From: a virus
Lineage: Duplodnaviria > Caudoviricetes
Virus record (IMG/VR): IMGVR_UViG_3300006483_000020
Span: 1-55,680 of that record
Strand: one strand, 5' to 3'
DNA length: 55,680 nt
Of the stretch, positions 17,370 to 32,300 are shown in pieces. Position 1 is the first letter of the stretch. Each line of letters opens with the position of its first letter. The notes under the pieces are model-generated. The model was given only the letters and a program-made list of their open reading frames with translations. It made no database searches and was not told where the DNA came from. The position numbers were made by a program, and so were the translations under genes.

Positions 17370-20300
17370 ATGCCACAAGATATATTATATTTCAATGATG
17401 GAAACGGAAACGTTAGACAAGTTCCGGCCAACAAGGTAGATACATTCAAGAAACACTTCCCAAAAGCATGGCAAGCTGAAGAATCGCAGTTGTCCTCAAT
17501 CGAGAGCCAAAAAGCTACGAAAAGCGAACAGGAAGGGAAAACAAAGATAACAGCCCCACAGGTCAATACAGTTGACATGAGCGCAATGGGTGGCGGTGTA
17601 TCTCTCACTGAAGGTAAACCGTTATCGGAAAGAGCATCGGATATTTATAATATTCACAAGGCTGATCCCGAAATATCTTTCCGGGCCAAGTACGGTGCGT
17701 ACAAGGAAGATCCATCGTTGTTCCGTGACACTGAAAATGATCCTTCGAGTACTCCGCTTACCTCCATCGCAAGCGAATTCCATAAAAAGAACAAGAAGCC
17801 TGGAGAAATGGAGAGCATTCAGGATTTCCTTACCAATACGGATCAAGGACGTGCGTTTGTCGATCTTGACAGTAAGAGGAATAAGTATTTTGCAGATCTT
17901 GACATTCAGTTAAATAAGGAAATTGAAAACCTGGAAAGCAGCATCCGGGAAAAAGCTACGGCAAGGCAAAAGCTCATTGAAAGACCTGTTCCCGGTACAA
18001 GGTATGGCGTTAATCCGCAATGGCTGTCAGCAGACGAAAGAGCGAGAATTGATGCAGCAAAAGCATTGGACGTTGAAGAAGCAGATAAGATAGCCACACA
18101 GGATGATCTTAACATCGCAGCACGGAACCTGGAAGAATTGAAGATGTTACGTGGAGCCGTCAAGGACAGAGATACGAATGCAGTTGCCCAATTCTTCAAT
18201 GAAGCCGGAAGAAGGCTTCCTAAATCCTTGTATAATATCGGCACGATGGGGTTTGGTGATGTCATAGAAGGACTTTCCCCAACCAAAGGCGGTAAGCTAT
18301 CAGCGCAATCGGAAAACCTTTTAAACCAGTACGCAGCACTTCACCAGGACGACAGGAGCATAGCGCAGGACATAGCACAGGGGGCCGTTGGATCTCTTGA
18401 ATTCATGGCGCAGTTTGCCGGTGCCGGCGGTGTTGTTGGTGGTATAGGAAAGAACATTCTGAAGCAGGGTGTGAAACAGGCAGCGACAAAAGGCCCGGGA
18501 AGGATGTTGAGGATCGCAGGGAAAGAAGTGTCTGAAACTCTCATGCAGACAGCTATCATGCCGTCAACAATCGCAATGGCTATCGAGAACAACGCACAGA
18601 ATCCGGGAAGCTTCCTTGATAGCTTTGCAAATGCCTATCTCTCCAACCTTGTTGAAGTAGGATCTGAACGTGTGGGTCAATTCATTCCAGGTCCTAAATT
18701 CAAACTCCCATCATCCGTACAGAAATTGCAGAAAGCCACAGGAATTGACGGTATGGTTGGTGAATTCCTGGAAGAACAGATAGCAACGGCAGGACATTCG
18801 GCTCTCGGAGACGGACAGGCAGAATGGAGCGATCTTATCGATCCAAGGCAACAACTCATTACAGCCGGTGTTGTTGGAATAATCCAATTACCTTACGCAT
18901 CCATCAACGCAGCAGGATACGCAGCCGGGAAGTTCAGGAACGTAAATCAGAAAAGATCGATCAATAAGGCGTTCACGCAGAACATGGAAGCGATGAATGC
19001 TGTTTTCGGCACAGACACCGAGCCAACGATAATGTGGCTTAACAACGCTATCGACCAGGCGCAGCAATCCGGTGAAGGAATTGCATCCCTCATGGCTTCA
19101 CTTGTCAATAAGGGAGAATTTGCCGAAGAACAGACAAATGCAATGTTAAACTACGGACTTTCCTATCTTGCTAAAAAAGGTTTGGAGACAGCAAAGGAAG
19201 AACAGATACAAAACGCACAGGCAGAAGCACAGCAACTCGCAGAACAGGCCGTAAACCCTGAAACAAACAGTATCATCCTGGCGACTGTTCCCGGAATGGA
19301 AGAACCTACACGAATACAGGGAGATGTTATCCTTCGTGAAGATGGATCCATCGATGCTTCCAAGTCGGGAGAGATCTATTACACCGATGCGGAAGGAAAA
19401 CGAAAGGTTATTGATCCCAGGTTTATTGAGATAGTCGAGAATGTTCCCGCAGAACAGGCCATTGAGGAGCTTTCAGCAATGAAGGCTGCCGATGTGGTAA
19501 ATCAACATGCTAATGATGAAGTGCGCCCATACGAAGCCGGAGAGCTTGTCAGATTCACTGCTGATGGAAATGTTTCGATGCTAGGACAGATCCAGGGTGC
19601 GGATGAAGCCGGGAATTACCAGGTTATCGTTGATGGAACACCTACACCTGTTATCGTAGAGCCAAGAATGATCATCAATGAGGACAATCTGCAAGGAGTT
19701 GACAACGGTGTTGTCGTTGACTACGCAGATGAAAAAGGAAACGTATTGACCGGTACCGTAGATGACATGAGTATCCGGGGTCATGGAGTTATCGTTATTG
19801 ATGGTAATGAAATACGTGTTGAAAATGTGATAGGAGTACATAGCGAAGAAGAAACACAAGCGCCTTCAACTATCATAACGTCAGAAAAAACACCCGAAAA
19901 TGAGGGTAGCACAATAGGGCAGACACCGCAAAATGTAACAGAAACGGCAGAAACGGAAGCAGAAAGTCAAAACGCTGCTGAAGTACAGGCTGTCCAGGAA
20001 TTTCCGAAAGACAAGGACGGAAACATTGATTACAGTAAGATAACAGACAATAACGCATACGTGGAAGCGTTGAGAAGCGAGTTTGGCGATGAAGCCTACA
20101 ATGTAGTCGATGATTACAGGAAAGCTGCTGAAAAGGCCCTGAAAAGCGTTGACAAGATAAACGATCCCATCAGGAAACGCAGGGAACAGGCACGCAGACA
20201 GGCCGAACTGGACAGGTGGAACAGCATGATTGAAGCCACACGTCCGAAAGCCAAGGCACCAACCTATGAGGAAGAATACAATCCAATACTGACAAAGAAT

Positions 20301-23300
20301 ACCCGTGAGCGTGAATCGCAAATGGGTGATTACCTTTCCTTGCGTGACTACCTGTTGAGAAACATAGGTACCGGGAAGCTCCGCTTCATGTGGAATAGCA
20401 GGGATGGAATAAAGGGATTGAAAGACGAGATCCTTTCTTCCAAGAATACGCAGATGGAGAGATTAAGGCGTATCGCATTCCTTGACAATAACGGATTCAC
20501 TCCTGAAACACTTGCCGAATTCATCAGCGACAACAACGGACAGGATATACCGGAGTTTTCAACGCTTGATGTGCAGGATATCAGGAACGAGATAAACGAC
20601 GTCCTCTTGTCGTTCGACACCCCGACTGACATGATTGAAGCTGCCGAGAAGCTTCGCAGGGATGACGTTAGCCTTGAAAGCTACATCGAACAGAATATTT
20701 CTCCCGATGATATAGCTAATTATGAAGCAAATGAAGCAAGCCAGGATGAATTATTATTAACTTTGCCGGAGCAGGAGGCACCGGACATTTCAGAACAAGA
20801 ATTAAACGAATATTATGGAACCGAAGGAAGAATTGAGAGTACTGAACGAACTGCTGACACAGAAAGCGGAATTCACGGAAGAGCAGAACAGGGAGGTCAA
20901 ATTCCTCTACAAGCTGCAAGTACTGGTATTGAAAAGACTGAAGAACGTGCAACCGGAGAACAAGGCACACGAGATAGCCTTGCAGAACCTGATCAGGAAA
21001 GAGCAGAACATGCCATTGCCGGATATGATAATCAGGAGGATAGAGCTACTGGAGCGGAACGCAAATACTCCGCAGGACAAATAATCAGCATTAATGGTGC
21101 TGATCACGTCATTTCAGAAGCCGGCACGTATGTTGGTACCAACGATCATTTCTATACCATTGAAAAAGACGGACAAACAGTTTACGAAGATATTACCCAG
21201 GATGAACTCGATAAGCTTGTAAGCGAAAAAACTACGACTGAACAACCATCCGTCCCTTCATACAACGGAGATATTGTCGATTATGCACGTAACGTTGTAA
21301 AGAACGAGGAAGTTAAACAGGAAGCAGCAAAAGTTGACACAAATCCGACCGATGCTCAAAAGGAATCCGGGAACTACAAAAAAGGACATGTTAACGTTCA
21401 GGGATTTGACATTACCATCGAGAACCCGAAAGGATCTGTACGTTCCGGAGTAGATGCCTCCGGAAAGAAGTGGAGCGTTGAAATGAAGAACCATTACGGC
21501 TATTTCAAACGCACGGAAGGGTATGATGGAGATCAGATCGATACGTTCATTGGCCCAAATCCTGAAAACAGCGCAATTTTCGTTGTTGACCAGGTTAATA
21601 ATAACAAGTCTTTTGACGAAAGCAAGGTTATGCTAGGTTTCAACTCTATTGATGAAGCCAGGGAAGCTTATTTGTCCAACTACGAAGCAGGATGGCAGGG
21701 GTTGGGGGCAATCACCGAAACAACGGTAGATGATTTCAAAAAGTGGTTGTATGATGGCGCAAAACAAAGGAAGGCGTTCAGCGAGTACAAAGAGAATAAG
21801 CCCGAATACGGAGCCAACAACAAGATCATCACCACAGACAGGTATAACGAACTGCGTGAGCAGATGCGCAAGAAGCTGAACAACCTTAACGTTGGTTTTG
21901 ATCCGGAAGTATTCTCCATCGGCGCACAGATGGCAATGTACCATATCGAATCCGGGGCCAACAAGTTTGCTGAATTCGCCAAGAGGATGGTTGACGACCT
22001 GGGCGATGCAATACGTCCGTACCTGAAAGCATCCTACGAAGGTGCAAGGGCCATGCCTGGAATGGAAGAACTTTCCAAAACGATGGATCCATATAACGAT
22101 GTGGTGGCCTTTGACGTGAATAAGAACTTTAATGTTCAATCTGAATACAAAGAACGAAAAGAGCAAATATCCAGGGAAATAGACGATCTTATAAAAATAA
22201 GGGATCAGAAATATCCAAACCCTGATATTGAGAGTCCAATGTCTCCCGAAGAAAAGGAATTGAACTCACGGATAAGTAAACTACAGAGCGACCGAAATCA
22301 ATTAGTTTTAAACAATAGAAAACAAAATGGACAAAAAGAAAGAAGCACAGAGACTATTGAAGCTGAAACAGAGACTATTGAAACAGCATCAGGAACTATC
22401 CGAAGTGAATCGGAAAATGTCGGAAATAATAAACAGCGAGCCGGCCAGGTAAAGGAAAAGGCAGCCGATCAGATCAGGAAAGTTGAAAGACTGCTTAACG
22501 AGATCGATCAGAAGCTTGCAAGCCTTAAGCTCTCCGATAAGGAATATTCAACCGAGGGTATAGCTGCGGATTATCCGATCAATGTACTTGCGAAAGGACC
22601 GATAAGGAAAGATGTTACCGCTTATGTGAAAGCAGTGGCAGCAATGACAGGACTGGATCATGACACGAACAGCAAGGGAAAGACGGAAGTTGTAAACATC
22701 AATATCGCACCGGCAGGGGGTAATGCAAGTTTTATCCTGTGGAGTAAGGCTAATCCGGAATATGGGGTTTATGTTTCCATTCCTTATGATCCCGATGTTA
22801 ACTCCGGAGGGTATTACGACAATTACAAAGTAAGAGATAATCATATCCTTTGGCGTGTAACAACGAAACAGAACAAGTGGAGAGGTTTATACAACCAGTG
22901 GTTGAAAGTTGATGCTACGGCCCAGGAGATGGCAGAAACAATCCTTAAGGGTCTTGATCAACACTTGAGATCCATCGGATTGCAGGAAGAAGTAAAGCCG
23001 GTAATAAACAACATGCCGGATGCAGAGAAGAATAAAAAAGTAAAGAAAAAAACTTCCAAAAGCGACATTCCATCATTATTTGATATTTTCGATGAAAATA
23101 ATTACGATAATGTATCTGATATTCAGAATAATTCATTAACTTTGGATGAAGGTAATGAAGAAGTTAAACCAGTTAACAGCAACCAAAATGACGAGCCGAG
23201 AAGAAGAAACGAAGAAACGGACAGTAGCCTGGGAACAGGAACACGGCAAGAAGTTGGAAGAACTGAACAGGGAGGAATGGATCGAAGCGGTATCGCAGAT

Positions 23301-26300
23301 AATGGCCCTGACAGAAGCGGAAGCGGAAGAATACCTGGATCACCTGATCATGCAGAAAAACTTCAGCTAAGAAATACCAACAATAACCGTAACGAGAGAG
23401 GCAAAGACTACTCTCCAAAATCCCCCAAAGCCCGGTTTAATGCAAATATAACCGCTATCAAGCTCATGCGAAAGCTGAATGATAGCGGAATAACTGTGCC
23501 CACTAAAGAGCAGATGGAAACCCTGCGCATGTATAGCGGATGGGGTGGCCTGGGTACATTCTTCGACAATGATACCACGGAAAATCAAACCCTAAGAACT
23601 TTATTAAGCGATGAAGAATATCAAAACGCAAGCGATAGCGTGAGATCAGCATACTATACTCCTGCGGACGTGATTGATTCTTTATGGGATATTGCCGAAC
23701 GGTTAGGATTCAAAGGCGGTAAGGTGCTTGAAAGTAGTGCAGGGATAGGCTCTATCATCGGATCAATGCCACAGAATATAAGCGACCGTTCCACTATCGA
23801 GGGCGTAGAGATTGATTCAGTAAGCGGGGAGATCCTTAAGCTGTTGTATCCTGATGCGAAAATACATGTACAGGGTTTTGAGAATACCAATATCCGAAAC
23901 GGAAGTGTTGACCTTGCAATCACAAATGTTCCCTTTGTTACCGGTCTCAATGTGTATGATCCGGTAGATAAGGACCTATCCAGGAAATTCAAGAACATTC
24001 ACGATTTTGTAATAGCAAAGAACATACGAAAACTCAAAGAGGGAGGAATAGGAATATTCATCACTACCAAAGGAACGCTTGACAGCAGCAAAAAACTGCG
24101 TGAGTGGATTGTTTCCAACGGATCCGCTGACGTTATAGGTGCTTTCAGGCTGAACAATGAAACCTTTGAGGGTACAGGTGTTACAAGCGATATTATTGTC
24201 GTTCGCAAGAGAGTTGCCGGAAAGGTCCATGACGGAGCAATAAATGTGATTGAAACAACAATTGAAAGAAGCTCGGAATATGAAACTGATGATGCAAAAT
24301 GGGTAAGGAATAAAGGTTATGTTCGTGAAGTAAAGGAGGTAGATCTTATCTACAACAAATACTTTGCCGACAATCCTCAATTCATGGGTGGTGAAATGGC
24401 TTTCGGATTCGAGCACGGAGACACATACCGTCCCGCTTCGATCAGCTTATACCCAAAAAAAGGTATAAACCAGAATGAAAGACTTTACGAATGGGTAAAA
24501 CAGTTTGATCCGCTAAAGGATGAAGTACCGGTAGATGATAAACAAAAGGTCCGCGAACTGGAAGAAACCTCAATAAAAGAGGGGCAGTTGTTCATTGATA
24601 GCAAAGGAAACATAGCGATATCCTCACGTGGATTGGCTGAAGATCCCGGAATAAACAGCAACAAGGTTAAAGGCCGTCCGAAAACCGAAGTACTGAAAGA
24701 CTACAACTCCATCAAGGAGTCCGTTGATGCGCTTTTGAAATATCAGATAGACAGCCCGGATGATAGCGGACTTAAACCTCACCTTGACAAGCTGAATAAG
24801 GCTTATGATGATTTTGTTTCCAAGTACGGACAACTCAATAATAACACATCAATATCATGGCTTCGCAAGGATGTTGATTTTCCTGCGATTGCAGCACTCG
24901 AAAAGTATAAGGAACATAAGTCTATCGATGGGAAGAAGACAATAAATGTAAACAAGACACTTGTATTCAAGCAAAGGGTTATCGGATATAAATCAAAGCC
25001 GGTTCCGAAAAACATCAAGGATGCTGTTGTCGCAAGTGTTTACGAGTATAATGATATAAACATACCTTACATTTCTGAAGCACTCTCCATTTCAGAGGAT
25101 AATGTAAGAGAACAGATCTTAAGTGAAGGACTAGGGTTCTCAAATCCACAGACAGGGGCAATAGAAATCCGGCACCGTTACCTTAGCGGGAACGTTAGGG
25201 AGAAGCTTAGAATTGCCAAAGACAGCAACGTTAACGGTGAGTACGATGCAAACATCATGGAGCTTGAGAAAGTTGTTCCAATGGATATCCCGGCACACCT
25301 GATCGACATGACAATAGGGTCCACATGGGTTCCTCCGTCCATTTTTGAACAATACTTCATGGACAGGTACGGTGTCAGATTAAAACTACACCAGACAGAA
25401 GGAGCATGGGTCATTACCCCAGGAAGCAAGGGAGGGCAATACAACGACAAGAACAGGCAGTTGGGTGTTTATAGCGAAATGTTCCAGGAGACGATATTTG
25501 GCGATGAGCTCGCTTATGCAGCCATGAATAACCGCAACGTTGTATTCAAGAAGATAAGAAAGAACTACGATGGATCACAGGAAACGATCACGGATAAGGA
25601 AGCATCGGCAACAGCAACAAGAAGGATATCGGAGATCAAGGCTGACTTTACGGACTGGTCGCAGGAATTGTTGACTTCAAATGAGGAGATTGCTGAAAAG
25701 ATAATGAAAACCTACAATGACAAATTTAACGCCATTGTTCCCATGTCAATCGATGAAAAGTTTATTCCGGAAAAATTCGATGGAGCAGCTACATTCATCA
25801 ACCTTTATCCGCATCAGCTTAAATCAGCAGTCAGAGCCACAATGCAGCCACTATTTCTGGCGCATGAGGTAGGTACCGGGAAAACCTTCACAATCATATC
25901 CGCAGCAATGGAAATGAGACGTGTGGGTACCGCAAAAAAACCAATGATCGTTGTCCAGAATGCAACGATAGGGCAGTTTGTGGCAGAAGCAAAGACCTTA
26001 TACCCGAATGCCAAGATCCTGGCCTTATCCGACAGCGACAGGGATAAGAAGGGCCGGTTGGCTTTCTATGCAAACATAAAGTACAATGATTGGGATATGG
26101 TTATTATCCCGCAGAGCACGTTTGACATGATCCCGGACAGCCCGGAACGGCAACGAACTTTCATTGAGGAAAAGATAGACGAGAAAATAAGGGTTATAGA
26201 GGCAATGAGGGATGTTGACACAGACGGCAGAATTGTTAAACAGATGGAGGATCAGCTTGAAGATCTATATGATGAGCTTGCAGGAAGATCTTCAAAGAAG

Positions 26301-29300
26301 AAAAAGAAAAGCGCAGATAGAAGCATAGCTGTAGATAACGCAGGGGCCAGGGCAAAGGAACAGCTTGACCGCAGGACGGATGATGTGCAGTACTTTGATG
26401 ATCTCGGAGTGGATGCGTTGCTCGTTGATGAAGCTCACGCATACAAGAAGTTGGGTTATGAAACAACGATGGCCAGGGGCGTTAAGGGAATCGACACAAG
26501 CCGGAGCAAGAGAGCAGCAGGATTGTATATTAAATCCAGGGCAATACTTGAAAAGAGTGGATGGAAGAATTTCGTTCTTGCTACCGGAACGCCAATCACA
26601 AATACAGCAGCAGAGTTGTGGACGTTTATGAGGTTCTTGTTACCGAAAGATACGCTTATCGAAAATGACATGTATTATTTCGATGATTTCGCAAAGAACT
26701 TCGGGAGTATAGATCAGATGCTCGAATTCGCTACAAGCGGTAAATACAAGGAGAACACTCGTTTTGCAAAGTATATCAACCTGGCCGAGCTTGTTCGTAT
26801 ATGGGCATCGGTCAGCGACACCGTTCTTACGAAGGAAGCCGGATACATCAACGATAAGGTACCTGTAATGGAAACAGGACAGGCACAAGACGTTTACCTT
26901 GAACAGTCGGATACTCTTGTCGATGTAATGAGAGCCGTAAGGAAAAAGCTTGAGGAATTTGACAAGATGTCGGGTAAGGAAAAGAAGCAATTTAGTTATA
27001 TCCCCATTGTAATGTACGGCATAGCCAAGAGAGCCGCAATAGATACAAGACTGATTGACAAGAATTCCCCCGATGAGCCACTAAGCAAGACAAACAAAAC
27101 AGTTGACGAAGTTTTGAAGTCATTGAAAGATACCAAATCCTACAACGGGACAGTTGCTGTATTCTGTGATAACCAAAACCGGAAAGACGATGGAGTTGTA
27201 ACGTTCAACATATTTGAGGATATAAAGCAGAAGTTGATCGACAAGGGTGTTCCCGAAAACCAAATCATCATCATGAAAAGCGGAATGAATATCAAGCAGA
27301 AACAGAAGATATTCGCAGACGTGAATGAGGGGGTTGCACGTGTGATCATGGGAAGCACAGAAACATTGGGTACCGGTGTGAACATACAGGAAAGACTTCA
27401 CACTTTAATCCATATGGACGCTCCGGATCTTCCAATGCAGTACACACAGAGAATGGGGCGTATATTGAGACAGGGCAATCTGCATAAGGAATGGAATAAA
27501 CCTGTTCGTGTGCTCCGTTTTGGTGTTGTCGATTCTCTTGACGTCACAGCTTATCAAAGGTTGCAAACCAAGTCCAATATCATTGATAGTGTGATGGACG
27601 GAAAAACAATCATGGCAAATGCAATGGAGAATAGGAGTATCGAGGAATCCTCCGAATCAGGGTTCGGGAATACCGTTGCACAGCTTTCAGGAAGCCAGTA
27701 CGCATTATTGAAAAACCATGCCGAGAAAGAGCTTCAAAAACTTTTAAGCAAGCGTAAACAGCACGAATACGACCAGATCTACATTTCAAACCAGGTCCGC
27801 AGGAATGAGGGTATTATAAGGGCCAATGAATCCATAATAAAGGATGCAAAGGATCGCCTTTCAAAGATTAAATCGTTCTTCCCGGAAGGAAAGCCAAAAA
27901 GCCTTAGTATAGCAGGAAATAAGATTGAAGGAAAGATTTCCATTGAAGAAGCATTAAAAGAATACGTTAACAAGCCGGTTAACGAGTTTGTTGAGAATGC
28001 ACGGAAAAATACCTCATACAAAACAAGCATCCTTCCGTTTGAAGTTAAGGCCGACAATGTTGTCTTTACTGTTAATGTAAAGATCACACGTGATTCAGCT
28101 TACGATGAAAAGGCAAAAGGGTTGAGAATATCCATGCGGAGAAACATATCGTACAGCTCCGAACAGCTAAACATGGAGGAAATACCAGTTTCCGGAGCCT
28201 ATGCACGTGAAGCGATAAACGATATTCTTGAAAATGTCATACCTGGAAAGGACGATAGCGAGAGAATAGAGTATGTGGAAAGATCTTCGAACAGGTTAAG
28301 GGCAGAAAACGTGTCGATGAATGCCAGGAAAGGCAAGAAGTTTGAACTGGAGGATGATCTTCGTGAAGCTGAAAAAAAGGTAGAGGAATATGCCGTTTTG
28401 ATGCAGAAGGAACTTGAGGAAAAAGAAAAGAAATACAATGAGAGGGGATCCGGTAAGGACGTTGATATTGAATCCATTGAATTAGAGGACGAGGAGATAG
28501 AATCGGACGAAACAGACACAGGCTATAGAGAGGATAAAGTCAAACTTCGCCTGGATGATGAATCCGATTTGGAGGAAACATTGCCCGAAAAGATCACTGT
28601 TGACGGAATAGAAAGATCCACCATCAATAGTGATGGTAAACGTATTGCACCGACAAGAGAAGGCATTATTAACTTTTGGCGGTGGTTCGGCAATTCAAAG
28701 GTGGTGGACAAACAGGGCAGGCCAATAGTCGTTTATCATGGCACAAAAAATATATTTGATGCTTTCGATGAATCAACTAATAAATACACCGGATTTTATT
28801 TCACCAATGATCCTGAATTGGCTGATAGCTTTGCAGGTGGGAATGATGCTGATCCTTATAATGGAACAGGAAATATAATGCCTGTTTATTTAAGACTTGA
28901 AAATCCTGTAATTGAAGATTTTGAAAACGATTCATGGGATGGGATGGAAAAGGTTATCAAAAAAGTGAAAGCATCCAACCATGATGGATATATAGGCAAA
29001 AACGTTTATGATGTAGAATTTATAGCTAATCAATATGTAGCTTTCAGCCCGGAACAGATCAAATCAGCTATCGGCAATACCGGCTCTTTTGATCCTGCGA
29101 ACAACGATATTCGCTTCCGTATGGTTGACGAATCCGGCTTTTACTCCACCGTTGAAGACGCTTTGGAGAATATCAGACAGGAGAAAGGCACACCTGAACA
29201 GTTCAAAGCCATGTTGCTCAAAAACGGAGCAAAACAGGCTGAACTGGACTGGATGGGATGGGATGATTTTGCAAGCGACATTAATGTCGTGAGCAAATCC

Positions 29301-32300
29301 GACATTCAGGACTGGATCAACCAAAACCGGATCGAGATTAAGGAAGCTCAGAAGGGAAATAGAATCAAGGAAATAAACGAAGAGTTTGAAAAAAAGAAAG
29401 ATGACTGGGTTTATAATGTTGCTTATGATGCTTACAAGAATGGTGCTGACAGAAACAAAGCTCTCTTTCATGCTGAAAATATCAGGAACGCTGTTTCTTC
29501 GAGGGATAAAGATCAGATTAATGAAACAGCAGATGACTGGAATTATTTAAGCAAATACAACAATCCGGATGAAATAGACCTTAATGAAATTCATGATATA
29601 GAAGAAGATCATATGTATCAGCAAGATTCATTTGCTGAAGAAACAAAATTCTCTCAATATACTCTCCCCGGTGGAAAGAACTACAAGGAATTGCTGCTGA
29701 CGATGCCTATCAGGGTTAAGGCCATAGATGAAGTTACGGAATTACCTTCTGGTTATGAATATATAAAAGATGGAACAAAGTGGGGGGTTATTCCCGTTGA
29801 ACAAGTACATGCAAGGCCATTCTCAGGATTACACGACACAAAGGAAGCTGCAATGAAATCTGCAATCGAAAAGATTAATCGGATGTCAGTACAGAAAGCT
29901 GAAGAAAATGCCTATAAAGATACTTTCAAATCCTCCCACTTCGAAGAATCAAACATTCTTGCTCACGTCCGTTTCAATGAAAGGGAGGTAAATGGTGAAC
30001 GTGTCTTGTTCCTGGAAGAAATTCAATCAGATTGGGCGCAGAAAGGGAAGAAGGAAGGGTTTAAACGAGATAATGTTATTCAGGCAGAAAAATCTTATGA
30101 AGAAGCAAAGGCCAAACTTGATGAAATTAATAACGAGTTGGAAGATGTTATTAAGCAAGCGCAGGATATTGGACTTCCTGTCGGTGCAAGCAGTTCAGAA
30201 TGGAGAAGTTTCACATTAGGTAATTTCAAAAATGAAGAAGTTTATCGGATTGAATATAAGTTGGAATCTGTAAGGAACAGCAGGGAATGGGATGAATACA
30301 AGTCTATGCTTGATGAAATAGCAGATAAGCAAAGAAAAATAGGCGAGAAAAGGTTATTATTAATAAAAGAAGCTAATGAGCAGGAAGAAATAGTAGAAGA
30401 AAGAAAAGAAAACATTGATAGGGAGAAAAGTTGGGGTGAATTACACGGTGTTCCCGACATGCCTTTCAAGAAAACAGATCAATGGGTAAACCTGGCACTC
30501 CGCAGGATGATGCGTTACGCAGCCGAGAACGGTTTTGATCGCATTGCCTGGACCACAGGAGAGCAACAAGCAAACAGATATGACCTTAGCAATCAGATTG
30601 ATGAAATTGAAGTGTCAAATGCAGGAAAGGACGAAGGATACAGGATTTACTTTAAAAAGGGTGATTATGTCCATAACTCTAAAATAGTTACTGAAAGCGA
30701 ACTTCCTGATTTTGTAGGTAAAGATTTGGCAGGTAAAATAGTTGCCGATAATATACCTGAATTCAAATCGAAAACATACTCCGGCCTTGATCTTAAAGTT
30801 GGCGGTGAAGGGATGAAAGCGTTTTACGACAATATTGTTCCAAAAGCAGCTAAGAAATTAGGGAAGCCATTTGGAGCAGAGGTAGAAGCAATTGAAATAC
30901 CTAAAATCGGAACACAACAATCCATTCCGGTAACTGATCTTATGAAAAAGACAGCGTTACAGGGAATGCCGATGTTTAGAAAATCCGAAGGAAAGGAAAA
31001 GCCGACATTCAAGGGAGATATTGCTAAATTCGCCAGTGAAATGGCAGAGTGGAGCAAGGATATTAGCGACAGTGATTACAATGATGGATTGCAGAGGATC
31101 ATTGAGTTAGCTAAAGCCTATGACGAAGCGTATTCTCCACAGTTGAAATTGTGGGCTGCATACGATCTTGTAGATGAAATAGACCAGGTATTTTCAGGTG
31201 GTGAATTCAAAACGGTGGCCTTGTCGAGTAGAAGTGCAATGATTAATTCGATGCGTAGTCATGGGTTAAGTGAGGATCAGGCCAACAAGCTTGAGAAAAG
31301 CAAAGCTAAGGTAATGGGGGCCTATTACGCAAGTAAAGTATTTATCAATATTGCAGAAAATAAAACAGGTGCGGATATTATAGGCACATGGATCCACGAA
31401 AACGCTCATGATTTTAACAAGAATAATTGGGATAAAGTCGTATCTTTGGAAAGTAAAATAGATGAATCAGTTATCGATAACTATTTGCCCGGAAGCTATA
31501 AAAATGATGATAAGGCAGACAAGATTGATGAACTTGTTTCATTCGTTGCCGATGAAGTCATGTTTGGCAATGATGTTTACGATTTTGGCGATGCGCAAAA
31601 CGATGTAATTGATTTAGTTGAACAATATTTAAACAAAATAACCTATGGACGAATTAGTAAAAGTCGTATTGACAGATGGCGAAGGGGATCAGCAAATGAG
31701 AATACACTTGCAGATAACCAAGGAAGCGGAGCAAAGAGCTATCGAACTGATGCAGTCAGAACCAAAACCGATAAGCAAGCAGAGACATTGCGACCTGGTA
31801 CTTCAGGCAGCGGAGGAATTTCCAGTAAAGGAGTAAGGCTAAAATCAATTTCCGATGTGGCAGACAGTGTTAACTCAAAAATGTCTGAAATACTTCGGAA
31901 GGAATACGATGTAAAATACAATCAATTCTTTACCCGCTTCAGGGAAGCGTGGGAAGATACCCATTTGCCGGTTAAGAATTTCCTGGACCTGTTACGAAAA
32001 AATAATGTTGAAGTAGCAGAGTACAACGATTTTTACAAACAGGCTACCCACCTCCAGGGGAAAAATGATGCGCAGTTAAAAATCTTCAAAGACACGTATC
32101 AGCATCCCATCACCCTTGCCATAAATGCAATTGAGCAAAAAGGTTTCTCATACCGGGATATCGAAAACTATGTGTTTTCCAAGCATGGTATAGAGAGGAA
32201 TGAATACATGCTTAAGCAGGAAGCAAAGGAAGAGGTTGATAAAATGGCAATAAATGTGCGCAATAAAAGAATGCAGTCCAATTCGTATCTGAAAGCAATC

